The position numbers and the translations under genes are program-made. Below, piece by piece: positions 36,693 to 46,734 of a stretch of 64,000 nt of DNA. Numbering within the stretch: position 1 is the stretch's first letter; every line of letters begins with the position of its first letter. Source of the stretch: an uncultured virus (IMG/VR IMGVR_UViG_3300038520_001826) (lineage: Duplodnaviria > Heunggongvirae > Uroviricota > Caudoviricetes); the IMG/VR virus record IMGVR_UViG_3300038520_001826; one strand, written 5' to 3'. The notes under the pieces were generated by a model that did no database searches, was not told the DNA's origin, and saw only the letters and a list, made by a program, of their open reading frames with translations.

Positions 36693-36956
36693 ATGGCATT
36701 TGCAACAGTTATACATTTAGAAATGAATTTAGAAGGAAACAGAAAGTTAGTTTGTGGACAAACCACAACTGACGGAACAGACGGAAATATTGAAACAGGT
36801 CTATCTTTAGTAGAATCTTTGGTTTTTACACACAAGGGTTCAGCAGAAGAAGCAGCCGCAGCAACAGTTAATGCAGATTTACCACTTTCTAGTGGTGATG
36901 TAGCAATTCACTGTGTTTCTGGTGATGTTGTTTATTTCCAAGCAATTGGTCAATGA
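36693..36956 (+). CDS. small beta-rich structural protein (decoration-like)
   Basis: Follows MCP; composition. Confidence 0.65.
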   Translation: MAFATVIHLEMNLEGNRKLVCGQTTTDGTDGNIETGLSLVESLVFTHKGSAEEAAAATVNADLPLSSGDVAIHCVSGDVVYFQAIGQ

Positions 36957-36966
36957 GGTGATTTAA

Positions 36967-37320
36967 TTGGCAACAGTTACAATTCTAGCAGACCATAAGG
37001 GTATTGCTAGACCAAGAGTCAGTGGAGATGAATATGTGGTTGATGCCACTATTAACGTTAATCCATATGTTGCAGCAGGTGTAGTTATTAATGCTAGTGA
37101 TTTAGGACTATCTACAATTACTGCGGTTACAATTACTGGAACAGAAAAGGCAGTAGGAAATAGTGGTTTTTTACCTAATATTATGCTTGAAACTGATGGA
37201 ACTTACACTTCTGCAAGTAGTTTTACCATTAAAGCAACTGATTTAGACGGCACAAACGCTGCCGCATCAGATGTAGATGATGTGGGAATGGTTAGAATTA
37301 GAGCATACGGTCTTATTTGA
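36967..37320 (+). CDS. small beta-rich structural protein (TTG start)
   Basis: GAGGTGA RBS; follows MCP. Confidence 0.7.
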   Translation: MATVTILADHKGIARPRVSGDEYVVDATINVNPYVAAGVVINASDLGLSTITAVTITGTEKAVGNSGFLPNIMLETDGTYTSASSFTIKATDLDGTNAAASDVDDVGMVRIRAYGLI

Positions 37321-37330
37321 GGTGAGTTAA

Positions 37331-37693
37331 ATGGTTACTGTTAAATTGACAGAAAGTAGTCAATTAGGCGGTAGGTATGTTATTGAAGGATTAGAAGGGA
37401 GGACTGAGATTACTCGGAATGATTCTGCTTCTGTACCTTTACGCAGGGCTATCGTGTCTTTATCTGATGAAAACTTAATGTTTGAATTTGATGAGGCTGA
37501 TAGAGAAGACTTACTTAATCTTTCTGAAAAACTTTTGGCGATTGGTCTAAAAGAAGTTGGAAAAGAAAGCGGAACTGCACAAGATTTGTGCGATATTCTT
37601 CTTCCTAAGAAAGTAGCGCCTAAACCTAAAAGTAAACCTAAACCAAAGAAAACTTCAACAACGGCTAAAAAGTCTGCTTTAAGTGAAGATTAA
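37331..37693 (+). CDS. hypothetical protein with PK-rich tail
   Basis: GAGGTGA RBS. Confidence 0.7.
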   Translation: MVTVKLTESSQLGGRYVIEGLEGRTEITRNDSASVPLRRAIVSLSDENLMFEFDEADREDLLNLSEKLLAIGLKEVGKESGTAQDLCDILLPKKVAPKPKSKPKPKKTSTTAKKSALSED

Positions 37694-37715
37694 AACCGAA
37701 GTATTAAGTAGGGAA
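37692..37715 (+). promoter_or_regulatory. late promoter (AAAACCGAAGTATTAAGTAG)
   Basis: Matches the 34007 element. Confidence 0.55.
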
Positions 37716-37744
37716 TCCTTCCTGCTCGTATTGAAGGTGATAAC

Positions 37745-38047
37745 ATGGCAAATCAAGTCTGTCGTTCAAGTGGTGTTTTAGGCTCAAGTGCAATTGTTAA
37801 TAGAGAACAATCTCTGTTGATTAGCATTCATGCAAACTTAATAGTTGTAAGTAACGCTTTAGTTACTGTTAAGGTGTTTGATGGAACAAGTGCAAGCGGT
37901 ACAGAAGTAGCAAGAATTACTCATTCTGTAACAGGACACTATAACTTTGAATATGATATGCATGGAGTATTATGCAGAAATGGTATCTTTTTGGAAATTG
38001 TTGAAAACGGTTCTTCAACAGCAGAAGTTTCTGTCGAATTTGCTTGA
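37745..38047 (+). CDS. small beta-rich protein
   Basis: AGGTGA RBS. Confidence 0.7.
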   Translation: MANQVCRSSGVLGSSAIVNREQSLLISIHANLIVVSNALVTVKVFDGTSASGTEVARITHSVTGHYNFEYDMHGVLCRNGIFLEIVENGSSTAEVSVEFA

Positions 38048-38056
38048 GGTGATAAA

Positions 38057-38455
38057 ATGCCAGCATTAAACACAGATACTCGCTTAGTTATGACTATTCT
38101 TTTTGTTGGAACAGTTAGTGGTGCTAACGTTTTCTTTTACGCAACTTATGGAACTACTTTTCCATACACTCCCTTAGCCCACGCAGTTTTATTTGGTCTT
38201 ATTACTGTTGGAACAATTATGTGCATGAAAGCCCTCTTTGATATTTCACTCAATGATAAGATTGAATTGTGGCTACTAGACCGTAAGATTAGTGCTTATT
38301 GGGCTAGAATGGCAAGAGATGAAGAACAAAGAAAGAAACTTCAGGAAACTGCAAAATCATACAATCTTTCACCCTACACTGGATTAGCACCTATGGCACA
38401 GTCTTATGAAACAGAAAATACAGTTTCTTCTGATTTCTTGACTACGCTACAATAG
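38057..38455 (+). CDS. two-TM membrane protein
   Basis: Two hydrophobic segments followed by a charged helix. Confidence 0.75.
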   Translation: MPALNTDTRLVMTILFVGTVSGANVFFYATYGTTFPYTPLAHAVLFGLITVGTIMCMKALFDISLNDKIELWLLDRKISAYWARMARDEEQRKKLQETAKSYNLSPYTGLAPMAQSYETENTVSSDFLTTLQ

Positions 38456-38463
38456 GTGAGTAA

Positions 38464-38682
38464 ATGGTAGTATCAGATTGGTTAGGCTTTTCTGATTCAG
38501 ATTATGCCTACAATGCACAAAGAGCGCATTCAGCAGACATTCTCTTTCTAAAAATGAGAATGTGGTTTTGGGCTACTTGCGCTACGCTTTCAGCATTTTT
38601 AATTGGAAACATCATGGGTGTTTTCGATATTAATGTAATGGGTTGGTTAATTGACACCATTTCAGGTGGGTGGGGTCATTAA
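38464..38682 (+). CDS. small membrane protein
   Basis: Hydrophobic C-terminal half. Confidence 0.7.
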   Translation: MVVSDWLGFSDSDYAYNAQRAHSADILFLKMRMWFWATCATLSAFLIGNIMGVFDINVMGWLIDTISGGWGH

Positions 38683-39344
38683 TGTCATTAATGACAGGCT
38701 TTGCCATTTTAGTTGGAGAAGCGATATTAGGTTTTTACAAAAAGATTCATGCAATTAATTTTGGAGTATATGGTGCAACAATGGTTGGAAAAACTACATT
38801 ACATCATCAATTAAGAACAAGAGGTGAAGTTCCAACAATACAGAAAAGAACTGTTGGCCGTCACCGAGCAACTAGAAAATCTATTAAATTAGATGGACAA
38901 ATGAATACTCTTAGAACATCAGATATAGGTGGAGAAGCAATATATTGGAAAGAATGGGCTAAAGATATGCAGTCCAGAAAAGTCAAATACATTATTTTTA
39001 TGATTGACCATAGACATTTAGATAAAGGCGGCAATTTAGACCATCAAGTAGCATGGAAGTTTTTAGTTGATACAATTACAAGTGAGAGATGGCCTAGTGG
39101 AAGAAAGAAGAAAGAGGCAGATTATCCAATGGCAGTTTCTATTTGGGCAAACAAATATGATATTTGGGGAGATAAATACAAAAGTGATGCACCGATTGAT
39201 AAACATCCAATTTTTGAACCTTTTAAATACGGTATGCAAAAACTAAATGATGTGGGAATACCGACGCATAAATATATTGTATCAGCAAAATCAGAACCCG
39301 AAGCAGTTTATCAAGGAATATTTACAATGATTAAGGACTATTGA
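38682..39344 (+). CDS. Ras-superfamily (Arf/Sar-like) small GTPase
   Basis: G1 GATMVGKTT, G2 RTVG, G3 DIGGE, IIFMID, G4 ANKYD, G5 SAK; N-terminal hydrophobic helix. Confidence 0.88.
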   Translation: MSLMTGFAILVGEAILGFYKKIHAINFGVYGATMVGKTTLHHQLRTRGEVPTIQKRTVGRHRATRKSIKLDGQMNTLRTSDIGGEAIYWKEWAKDMQSRKVKYIIFMIDHRHLDKGGNLDHQVAWKFLVDTITSERWPSGRKKKEADYPMAVSIWANKYDIWGDKYKSDAPIDKHPIFEPFKYGMQKLNDVGIPTHKYIVSAKSEPEAVYQGIFTMIKDY

Positions 39345-39349
39345 TTACT

Positions 39350-39982
39350 ATGTACCAAAATAATATTATACAACAAAATGTAGCACAGAACACGGTGAAT
39401 AAATTTTTACCAAAACTACAACAAGCCCGTTCAAGTGGACCAATCGAAGAATATAAGTTTGATAATTTCAAACCTAAAAAGAAACTAAAAGAACTTAGAA
39501 AGGTACTACTACCTGAAAAGAAGAAATTTCTCTTTGTAAAATTCGGATATAAATTTAATCTCAAAGAAAGATGCGTTGTTTGTGGAATGCATCATGTTTG
39601 GGAAGCAGGGGATTATTTGCGACCACCTATTCCATTAGATAGAGTAGAACGAGGAAGGCCATTAAGAGGAACTTATTGTCCTCGCCATGCGGCACATCAC
39701 AAACAATTTGAAATGTTACAACAAGAGATTATTGCAGATGAACATGGTTTAGATTTTAAAAGATTTATTCCTACTCCAAAAATGCCTAAAATGATGAAAA
39801 CAGGGCCAATTTATAATCTGACTAATGAAGATATTGTTGCCCTCTCATCAGTCGGATATGTTATAAAGCCTCCAACCGTATCACAAGATGAGTCGAAGGA
39901 GAGCGAAGTATTACGCTTAACATCGGAGTTAAAAACGATTAGTCAAAGACTTGATGTATTACTAAAAATTAAGGAGGAATAG
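39350..39982 (+). CDS. Zn-finger-containing protein
   Basis: CVVC...CPRH; C-terminal coiled coil. Confidence 0.75.
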   Translation: MYQNNIIQQNVAQNTVNKFLPKLQQARSSGPIEEYKFDNFKPKKKLKELRKVLLPEKKKFLFVKFGYKFNLKERCVVCGMHHVWEAGDYLRPPIPLDRVERGRPLRGTYCPRHAAHHKQFEMLQQEIIADEHGLDFKRFIPTPKMPKMMKTGPIYNLTNEDIVALSSVGYVIKPPTVSQDESKESEVLRLTSELKTISQRLDVLLKIKEE

Positions 39983-39984
39983 AC

Positions 39985-40641
39985 ATGGGAATATTAGGAA
40001 CAAGTAATGGAACTGTATTAAATGCTGTTCAAGCACAATCAGATGCAAATTTTAAAACGGTCAATAATCTACTATCATTACAAGAAAATCATGTTGAAGA
40101 GTTTTTTCAATATCACGGAGAACTTTTCTTAAAGTCATTGGAAAAGTTAATGGAAGACGTTATTGAAAGAGTAATGAGCCAAATGCTAGGAAAGTTGGCA
40201 TTTGTTCAAGACTCTACTACAAACAGAATGAAAATTGATTCAGAATGCATGCGAGAGTTTGAACGCATCACACAAGAAAACATTGATTTAGATTTGAAGA
40301 ATCTTTTAGATACTGCAATTAACACAGAAATCATTAATCAACGAAAACTTGCAAAACAGCAGTACCTAGAATCTCAAGGATTCTCAGCAGGTGCAGGTCA
40401 AATTTCTGCAACTGCCGCACTAGCAAACGTAACAGGAAATACGCAGCAATTTAATCAAATGAATCATGCTATGAACAATGGTTCAGGTTATCCTGTTCCT
40501 CCAAATGGAACAGATGGATATGGTCGCCCATATTGGATTGACCCACAAACAGGTCAAATGAGTTATGAACCGCCTTCAAGTGGTTTAGGATTAGGTGGAG
40601 CAATTCAAAAAACTGCGGCATGGGCTAAGTGGTTAATGTGA
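39985..40641 (+). CDS. helical protein with Gly/Pro-rich tail
   Basis: GGAGG RBS; YWIDPQTGQMSYEPP is WW-like. Confidence 0.75.
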   Translation: MGILGTSNGTVLNAVQAQSDANFKTVNNLLSLQENHVEEFFQYHGELFLKSLEKLMEDVIERVMSQMLGKLAFVQDSTTNRMKIDSECMREFERITQENIDLDLKNLLDTAINTEIINQRKLAKQQYLESQGFSAGAGQISATAALANVTGNTQQFNQMNHAMNNGSGYPVPPNGTDGYGRPYWIDPQTGQMSYEPPSSGLGLGGAIQKTAAWAKWLM

Positions 40642-42290
40642 GTAATGAGAACCAGTCCTTTACTATTATCTTAGATGATGGTAAAAGGCAAATAATTAAT
40701 GAAAAGTTTCTATTAGATAACTTTTTTAATTTTTTATTTTATCGTTCTCAAGGTGCAACATCTACTAAAGAACAAATTAATGGAGAAAAGAAATACTTTC
40801 GAGTAAGGTATTTGAGAGATTTGATTGGTAATTCAAAAAATACTGCTCTATTTACCCAAGCACAGAAAGAAAGTTACAGAAAGTTTCTTAAAGATACTTT
40901 TGAACTTTTATTAACTGATGTTTCAGAAAGTAGTAAAAGATTAAAAGATAGCGGTATTCCTCAAGAAATCAAACCATTTATTGAAAATCAACCATTAGAA
41001 AAATTATTGGATGATGATTTCATACAAAGCATTAGTCCTGTTTATGAAAAAGATGAACAGGTTGGTGCAGATGGTGGAGAAAGAAGAAGAAAATTAGATA
41101 AAGTTGCCGAAGGATTTGGTAATGATGAAGATGAATATATTAAGGGTCTAATTACTAAAAACGGTAATATTATTGAGTTGGATGAATCTATTGTAGATAG
41201 GCCGTTAAATAAAAGAAAAAAACTTATTGAAAGCGGTATTGGTGTTAGAAGCGAACTTAAAGAGAATAGAGAAGTTGCTAACGGAAAAATGGGAGTAAGG
41301 AAAACTACTAGAGTTGAAGTAGATGGTGAAGAAATTACTCTTAGTTCTGGAGAAAAACTAATTCTTAAAAATTTAGATAATTTTTTTAAAGAATGGTTTG
41401 ATGGATTAGAAATCACAAAAGATGAAGATATTGATTTAACGGATAAAGAGGCTCCTTCTGTATTTTTAGAATACCAAAAAGCACTAGATGGAATCGGGCA
41501 GTCTATTAAAGAAGATTATTTAACACCTTTGTATCAGAAGTATAAAAAATCTATTGATGGTGATGAAGAAGAACTACTTAGCGAAGATACAGATGCTATG
41601 AGTTATTCTGAATGGGCAGAAAAAAATGAAGTGAATGATGCTATGCAGAATATTGTTTTATATATTAAACACAAAACATTTGCGGCATTACAGAAGCAAG
41701 GAATAAGTAGTGCTAAATTAAAACCAAAAACAAAATCCGAGGATGATACTACTAAACAATTAGCATTTAAAAAATTAATAGATTTCACTAATTTTAGAAC
41801 TAACTATAAGAATAAAACAAAACTTGTTGATTTCAAGTCAGAATTAATAGACGAAATAGTTAATATTGAAGGAATTAAAATGGGAGATAAAGTTGTTGAA
41901 TATTCTTCTGCTTTTATAGGCAAAGACGGACAAGAAACTAATTGGGGAGAAATACTACGAGGAGTTAAAACAAGCGACACTGACCTTCCTGAAAATGTAA
42001 AGGATGAAATTGTTAATTATGTTACAAACATCATTAATGGTAATCCATTTAATGACCTTCTTAGTTTTTACAAACTTAGATTTGATTTAGGTAAAAAGGA
42101 ATGGAAATTGACTTTAATTGTTAGGATTAACCCAACAAAGGGAGAAGAAATAACTGCAAAGAGAGGACAATTGAAATTTCCAAAAGCAAAAGAAATGGGA
42201 ACAATTCCTAATAATCTATTAACTATGTTTAACTCATTAGTTAATTTATTCAGAAAGAATGTAAGAGTAACAAAAAGAGCATTGAGGTGA
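40638..42290 (+). CDS. large hypothetical protein
   Basis: About 550-aa ORF; GTGA overlap. Confidence 0.75.
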   Translation: MSNENQSFTIILDDGKRQIINEKFLLDNFFNFLFYRSQGATSTKEQINGEKKYFRVRYLRDLIGNSKNTALFTQAQKESYRKFLKDTFELLLTDVSESSKRLKDSGIPQEIKPFIENQPLEKLLDDDFIQSISPVYEKDEQVGADGGERRRKLDKVAEGFGNDEDEYIKGLITKNGNIIELDESIVDRPLNKRKKLIESGIGVRSELKENREVANGKMGVRKTTRVEVDGEEITLSSGEKLILKNLDNFFKEWFDGLEITKDEDIDLTDKEAPSVFLEYQKALDGIGQSIKEDYLTPLYQKYKKSIDGDEEELLSEDTDAMSYSEWAEKNEVNDAMQNIVLYIKHKTFAALQKQGISSAKLKPKTKSEDDTTKQLAFKKLIDFTNFRTNYKNKTKLVDFKSELIDEIVNIEGIKMGDKVVEYSSAFIGKDGQETNWGEILRGVKTSDTDLPENVKDEIVNYVTNIINGNPFNDLLSFYKLRFDLGKKEWKLTLIVRINPTKGEEITAKRGQLKFPKAKEMGTIPNNLLTMFNSLVNLFRKNVRVTKRALR

Positions 42291-42294
42291 TATT

Positions 42295-43599
42295 ATGGGA
42301 ACAGTTCGCTCACCAAGCGATTATACATCAATTAACGTAGACTATTCAACAGGTAATGGTTTTTACACAGATAAAGGAGCAGTTGCCGATTTACTTCAAG
42401 TTTCACCATTTTCTTCCACCACTAACCCCTCTGAATCACAGGTAGGTTCAATCATAAAGTATGTAGAAGGCATGGTTGATGACAAGGCTAAGAGGTCGTA
42501 TCGCCCAATTATTACCCAACATGAATATCATAACTTTGAATTTATTAGACATCCTGCTAGAGCATACTATGGTGGCTATGTCGGCTATATTCAACTTTCC
42601 TTAATGAAAGTGAGAAAGATTGTTTCTCTTCAAGTTTGGCAAGGGAGTAGTTATATTGAACTGGCATCAGCACAAGCAAAAATTGAATTACTTGAGAATT
42701 ATAGAGATATTCATTCAATAGTATTACAATTACCAAATAGTGGAACAGAATTTGAAATGTTTTCAGAAGACACTGGTTCTCTGCAAAAAGAAGAATTTAA
42801 TACATCTTTTGGAGAAAAAACAACTGCTAATGAATTAGTATCTTTAATTAATGAACAGTTCCCATCACCAACTGCACAATTTACAGGAGCAACAGAAGCA
42901 AAACAATTAATCTCAAATAATAGAAACATTTCTGATTTCTTTTATGCCCATAAGAATACAGAAAACTCAAAAGAAGTATTTATTTCTTCATTGTTGGCTG
43001 GAGAGGATGGTTCTGATTGCACGATTAAAGTTAAAACTCGGCAAACTGGTTCAACATCAGGAACGACAACAAATTTAACTGTTGCAGACTCTAGTAAATT
43101 AGTTGTAGGAATGTCAGTTTCAGGAACAAATATCAACTCATCCTCGACTATCAGTTCTATTACTGATTCAACAACTGTTGTTTTAAGCCACACTACAACT
43201 GGCTCTGTAAGTGGAAATGTTACATTTACTGCAACAAACACTGCAATACCTACAATATGTAATGTTACAAGATTTACAGATAAACAAGACTTAAAAAGAT
43301 TAGGTTCTTTTTGGAATATTGGAGAAGAAGGTAAAATATTTTTCTTACAAGATTATCCATATCATACTCAAAACTCTATCATTGTTTCATATATTGCAGG
43401 AGATAATAGAGTACCTGCGGCTATTCATGAAGCGGCCACTAAATTAGTTGCAGCAGAAATTCTAAGGCATGATGACCAAACTATTCTAATCGGTGAAACG
43501 GGTGGAAATATATCTACAAAAGAAAAGTACGATATATTGAAGAAAGAAGCAATGGATATTTTATCTGGTAAATCGGATATTGTATATTTCTTAGGGTGA
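42295..43599 (+). CDS. head-tail connector/adaptor-like protein with Ser/Thr-rich insert
   Basis: VSYIAG..RVPAAIHEAATKLVA C-terminal adaptor-like motif; position before tail genes. Confidence 0.65.
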   Translation: MGTVRSPSDYTSINVDYSTGNGFYTDKGAVADLLQVSPFSSTTNPSESQVGSIIKYVEGMVDDKAKRSYRPIITQHEYHNFEFIRHPARAYYGGYVGYIQLSLMKVRKIVSLQVWQGSSYIELASAQAKIELLENYRDIHSIVLQLPNSGTEFEMFSEDTGSLQKEEFNTSFGEKTTANELVSLINEQFPSPTAQFTGATEAKQLISNNRNISDFFYAHKNTENSKEVFISSLLAGEDGSDCTIKVKTRQTGSTSGTTTNLTVADSSKLVVGMSVSGTNINSSSTISSITDSTTVVLSHTTTGSVSGNVTFTATNTAIPTICNVTRFTDKQDLKRLGSFWNIGEEGKIFFLQDYPYHTQNSIIVSYIAGDNRVPAAIHEAATKLVAAEILRHDDQTILIGETGGNISTKEKYDILKKEAMDILSGKSDIVYFLG

Positions 43600-43603
43600 T
43601 AAT

Positions 43604-43810
43604 ATGTTTGAAGACATTGAAATAACCACAAGAAAATTCCAAGAGTTTTTAAAAATAGAACAAGAAAGGCAATTGGCTATGCAAGAATTATCTCAAATTC
43701 TAGGCTATGATGTTACATTCAGTAAAGAAGAAATGATTAGAAACGCAAAAGAATCATTTGCAAAATATGTATCAAAGGAGGTATCATTATTGATGAAGTC
43801 AGCCTTCTAA
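43604..43810 (+). CDS. hypothetical protein (neck region)
   Basis: GGGTGA RBS. Confidence 0.65.
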   Translation: MFEDIEITTRKFQEFLKIEQERQLAMQELSQILGYDVTFSKEEMIRNAKESFAKYVSKEVSLLMKSAF

Positions 43811-44298
43811 TTGATTTAGTTTCTAGTAATTGGGTAAGTTCTGCTACAACCCTACAAAGTGCTGGAACTATTTCAGCAGACCATGTAGCAACTCCGAACT
43901 TTATTGATGTTAGGACACTAGAAAAAGGAAAGGGTATGAGATATGATTTATCATCAAAAGACGTTATTGTCTTCTTTGAGGACAGTCAAAACATAGAATA
44001 CCCTACTGTTCATTATGACGTTAGAAATGAAACATATGGATTTACTATGCACATTAGAACAATTCACGATGAAAGGGCTGGAACGGACTCAAATTTTGGC
44101 CGAGATAGGCTAAGGGCTTTATACTTGATTGCCCGTCATGTACTTGAGCGAAGTCGAAGAGGCTATACTGCAAGTGATGGTTCTAAATTCAATCAAATAT
44201 TTGTAGGTTCAAGAAGCGAATCAAATGACCGAGCAAAGAGATTATTTGGATATAAATTAAGTATAGAAGCAAAAAGATTCGCATTAAGCATTCCCTAG
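43789..44298 (+). CDS. tail-completion/terminator-like protein, probable ATT start
   Basis: Frame open 49 codons upstream of 43936; GGAGG 7 nt before ATT; immediately before the tail tube. Confidence 0.6.
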   Translation: MDEVSLLIDLVSSNWVSSATTLQSAGTISADHVATPNFIDVRTLEKGKGMRYDLSSKDVIVFFEDSQNIEYPTVHYDVRNETYGFTMHIRTIHDERAGTDSNFGRDRLRALYLIARHVLERSRRGYTASDGSKFNQIFVGSRSESNDRAKRLFGYKLSIEAKRFALSIP

Positions 44299-44329
44299 TA
44301 AGTAAGTAAAGGAAAGGGGAGATTAAGAG

Positions 44330-45983
44330 ATGGCAGTAAATACAGATATATTTTTAGGCAGTGGCGCAACTTTGACTATGATTCCAGAATTGGATTTAAA
44401 AGTCATATTGAACAATTCAGGCTCAACAACAACTAAACTGGTTGCTGATGCCCTTTGGACAGATAACATAAGAATGGTAGAAAACCTCTACGTTGGATGT
44501 GTTGTTGATTTATTTGATGCGTCTGAATCTACAACGGAAGTTCATTCTACTCACGTTATTACTGCTAATGATACTACATCTATTACAATTTCTCCTGCAC
44601 ATACCTTAACTATCCAAGATGCAACAGATTTCATTGTTATTAGAGGGTATGGCGCACCTGCTCCAACAACCTTAACAGGTTCTATTGCACGATTAAGTGC
44701 TGATAATTGGTTAGGTCTTTTGGAAAGTGCGACATTCCCTAATCTTGAAGTAGAAATGAAACAAATGAATTTATCTTTGGGAGGTTCAAGAAACTTTACT
44801 CATCAATACAAAGGTATTGAAACTGCAAGCGGAGGTAATTTGGCTATTGTTAATAATCAAGGAACATGGCTTTATTATGCTTTAGGGAAATGTACACAAA
44901 TTAACGCAACCTTTACTGGAAGTTCTTCATTAGACCCTGCAACACCGCCATATACTGCTCATGCAAACAACGTTCATTATTTGGACATTGGAGAAACTGC
45001 AACTGCAAAAGCATTTAGTGATAACATTACAGGCTTTACATCGACAGGGCCAATCTTTTACAGAACTGCAAGGGATTCTACATTTATGATTCCTCCAGTA
45101 GCAAATCAAGATACTGCTACACATATGGCACTATTAACATTACCAGAATATAATGCAAGCGGTGTTCTAACAAATCCAATTAAATATACATTTGCTGAGG
45201 CAAATGGTGAAGAATTACCTTCGTTTGGATTAGAACAAAACATGAGTAAATTAGAAGCAACTNNNNNNNNNNAATCCACACAGAATAGGGGATACTACAT
45301 TAGCAACTGAATCTCATAACTTTGTTCGTATTGCAAGAGGTAATAGAGTCAATACTTTAACAATGACGGCTAATGAAAATGAAGAAGTCAAAATGACTCT
45401 TGATTTGAATACAAGAGCAGTTCATAAATTAAAAACAAATGAAGCATATGAAGGTCGTGCAGGTGTTGATGATAATGCTAATTTGTTTAACTTTGGAAGT
45501 GGTTCAAATACATTAACTGCAACAGGAGAAGAATCACTTGAGCCATTTTTCTTTTCAAGTGGTTCTTTCACTATCTTTGGAGAGCAGTTCCTTAAAATTA
45601 CAAATATGACATTGACTATCAATAATAATTTACAAGATAAAAGATTTATCGGTGTTGGAAATAAATCAATTAAAACTGGCGTTCCTGCTCAAAGAACATA
45701 TGAAATTTCTTTTACTGCTATGGTTACAGATAACAAATTATTTGAAGAACTTCTCGACCAAACAGAAGAAGGAACAAGCAATCTTATCACTTTACAATTT
45801 GATAAGAATGCTCCCGATGGAACTCTTAATGAGCAAATTTTATTAAAGTTCCAAGATTACTTCTTAAGTTCAGCAAACATTACAATTCCAGATGACAAAG
45901 GGCCAATCACTATTGAAGGAACAGTAATGCCTAGAAATCTAAATACTTGTGAAGTTAGAACTCATTGGATTTTACAGGGGTGA
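44330..45983 (+). CDS. major tail tube protein (one gene split by N gap 45263-45272)
   Basis: Post-gap frame runs continuously into the 45363 ORF; ITNMTLTINNNL...RTYEISFT tube-like C-terminus; precedes chaperone and tape measure. Confidence 0.75.
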
Positions 45984-46132
45984 TTTTATGGATAAGTATG
46001 ATAAACTACGCCTTAAAGAACAATTGGCTAAAAAACCAAAAAAAACCAAAAAGGAAACTCCAAAAAAGACTACAAGTAAATTACAAGAATAATATTCCAC
46101 CAACACCGTTTGTTTGTTTGTTGGTATAGAAG

Positions 46133-46510
46133 GTGGATGAAATGTTAAACGATAAAAAAGTTATTACAGATAAGAGTGTATTATTTGCACTAAATGAGCC
46201 TACGCTACACTATATTAAAGTAGCACCCGAAAGTGAAGAATATCTCAAGGTATGGGTTAAAGAACCTACTTGGCTTGAAGCCGAAAAAGCCTTGAATAGT
46301 GTGATGAAGATTGATTCTCGCACACAATCGTTTGACCTCGACCTAAATGCGATGTATCGCTACATGGTTGAGAATTTCATCTCCAAAACAGAACCAAGTC
46401 TATCTACTATTGATATGCTTAGATTAAGTCCTTTTGTCGGAAATCAAATTAAAGAGATTTTACCAAATCCAATGTTGATGATGCAGGAGGATGAACAAAA
46501 AAACGAATGA
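46133..46510 (+). CDS. tail assembly chaperone (G-like)
   Basis: Between tube and tape measure; ends in slippery A AAA AAC. Confidence 0.7.
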   Translation: MDEMLNDKKVITDKSVLFALNEPTLHYIKVAPESEEYLKVWVKEPTWLEAEKALNSVMKIDSRTQSFDLDLNAMYRYMVENFISKTEPSLSTIDMLRLSPFVGNQIKEILPNPMLMMQEDEQKNE

Positions 46511-46734
46511 TTAGGGATGCTTTAAATGGAAAAGAAGCAGACCCTAAAACAATTTCGTTAATTATGGTATATACTCTTTCTAATGCGCTATCAATTAGCC
46601 CATTAGAAGTTTATAAAATGCCAGTTAGTTTAGTCAAGGACTTACTTAGTGTTCACGCTAATATAGAAAAAATTAAATCAGACGAAATGGAAAAGGCAAA
46701 AAATAAAGCCAAAGGTGTAAGTCATGGCAGATGA
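46498..46734 (+). CDS. -1 frame extension of the tail chaperone (GT-like)
   Basis: ORF 46507-46734 is in the -1 frame after the slippery heptamer 46498-46504. Confidence 0.6.
   Translation, partial: KKRMIRDALNGKEADPKTISLIMVYTLSNALSISPLEVYKMPVSLVKDLLSVHANIEKIKSDEMEKAKNKAKGVSHGR

Noticed and set aside
44330..45983. Two tail genes or a programmed frameshift
   Set aside because: The break coincides with the N gap at 45263-45272, and the post-gap frame is continuous with the downstream ORF
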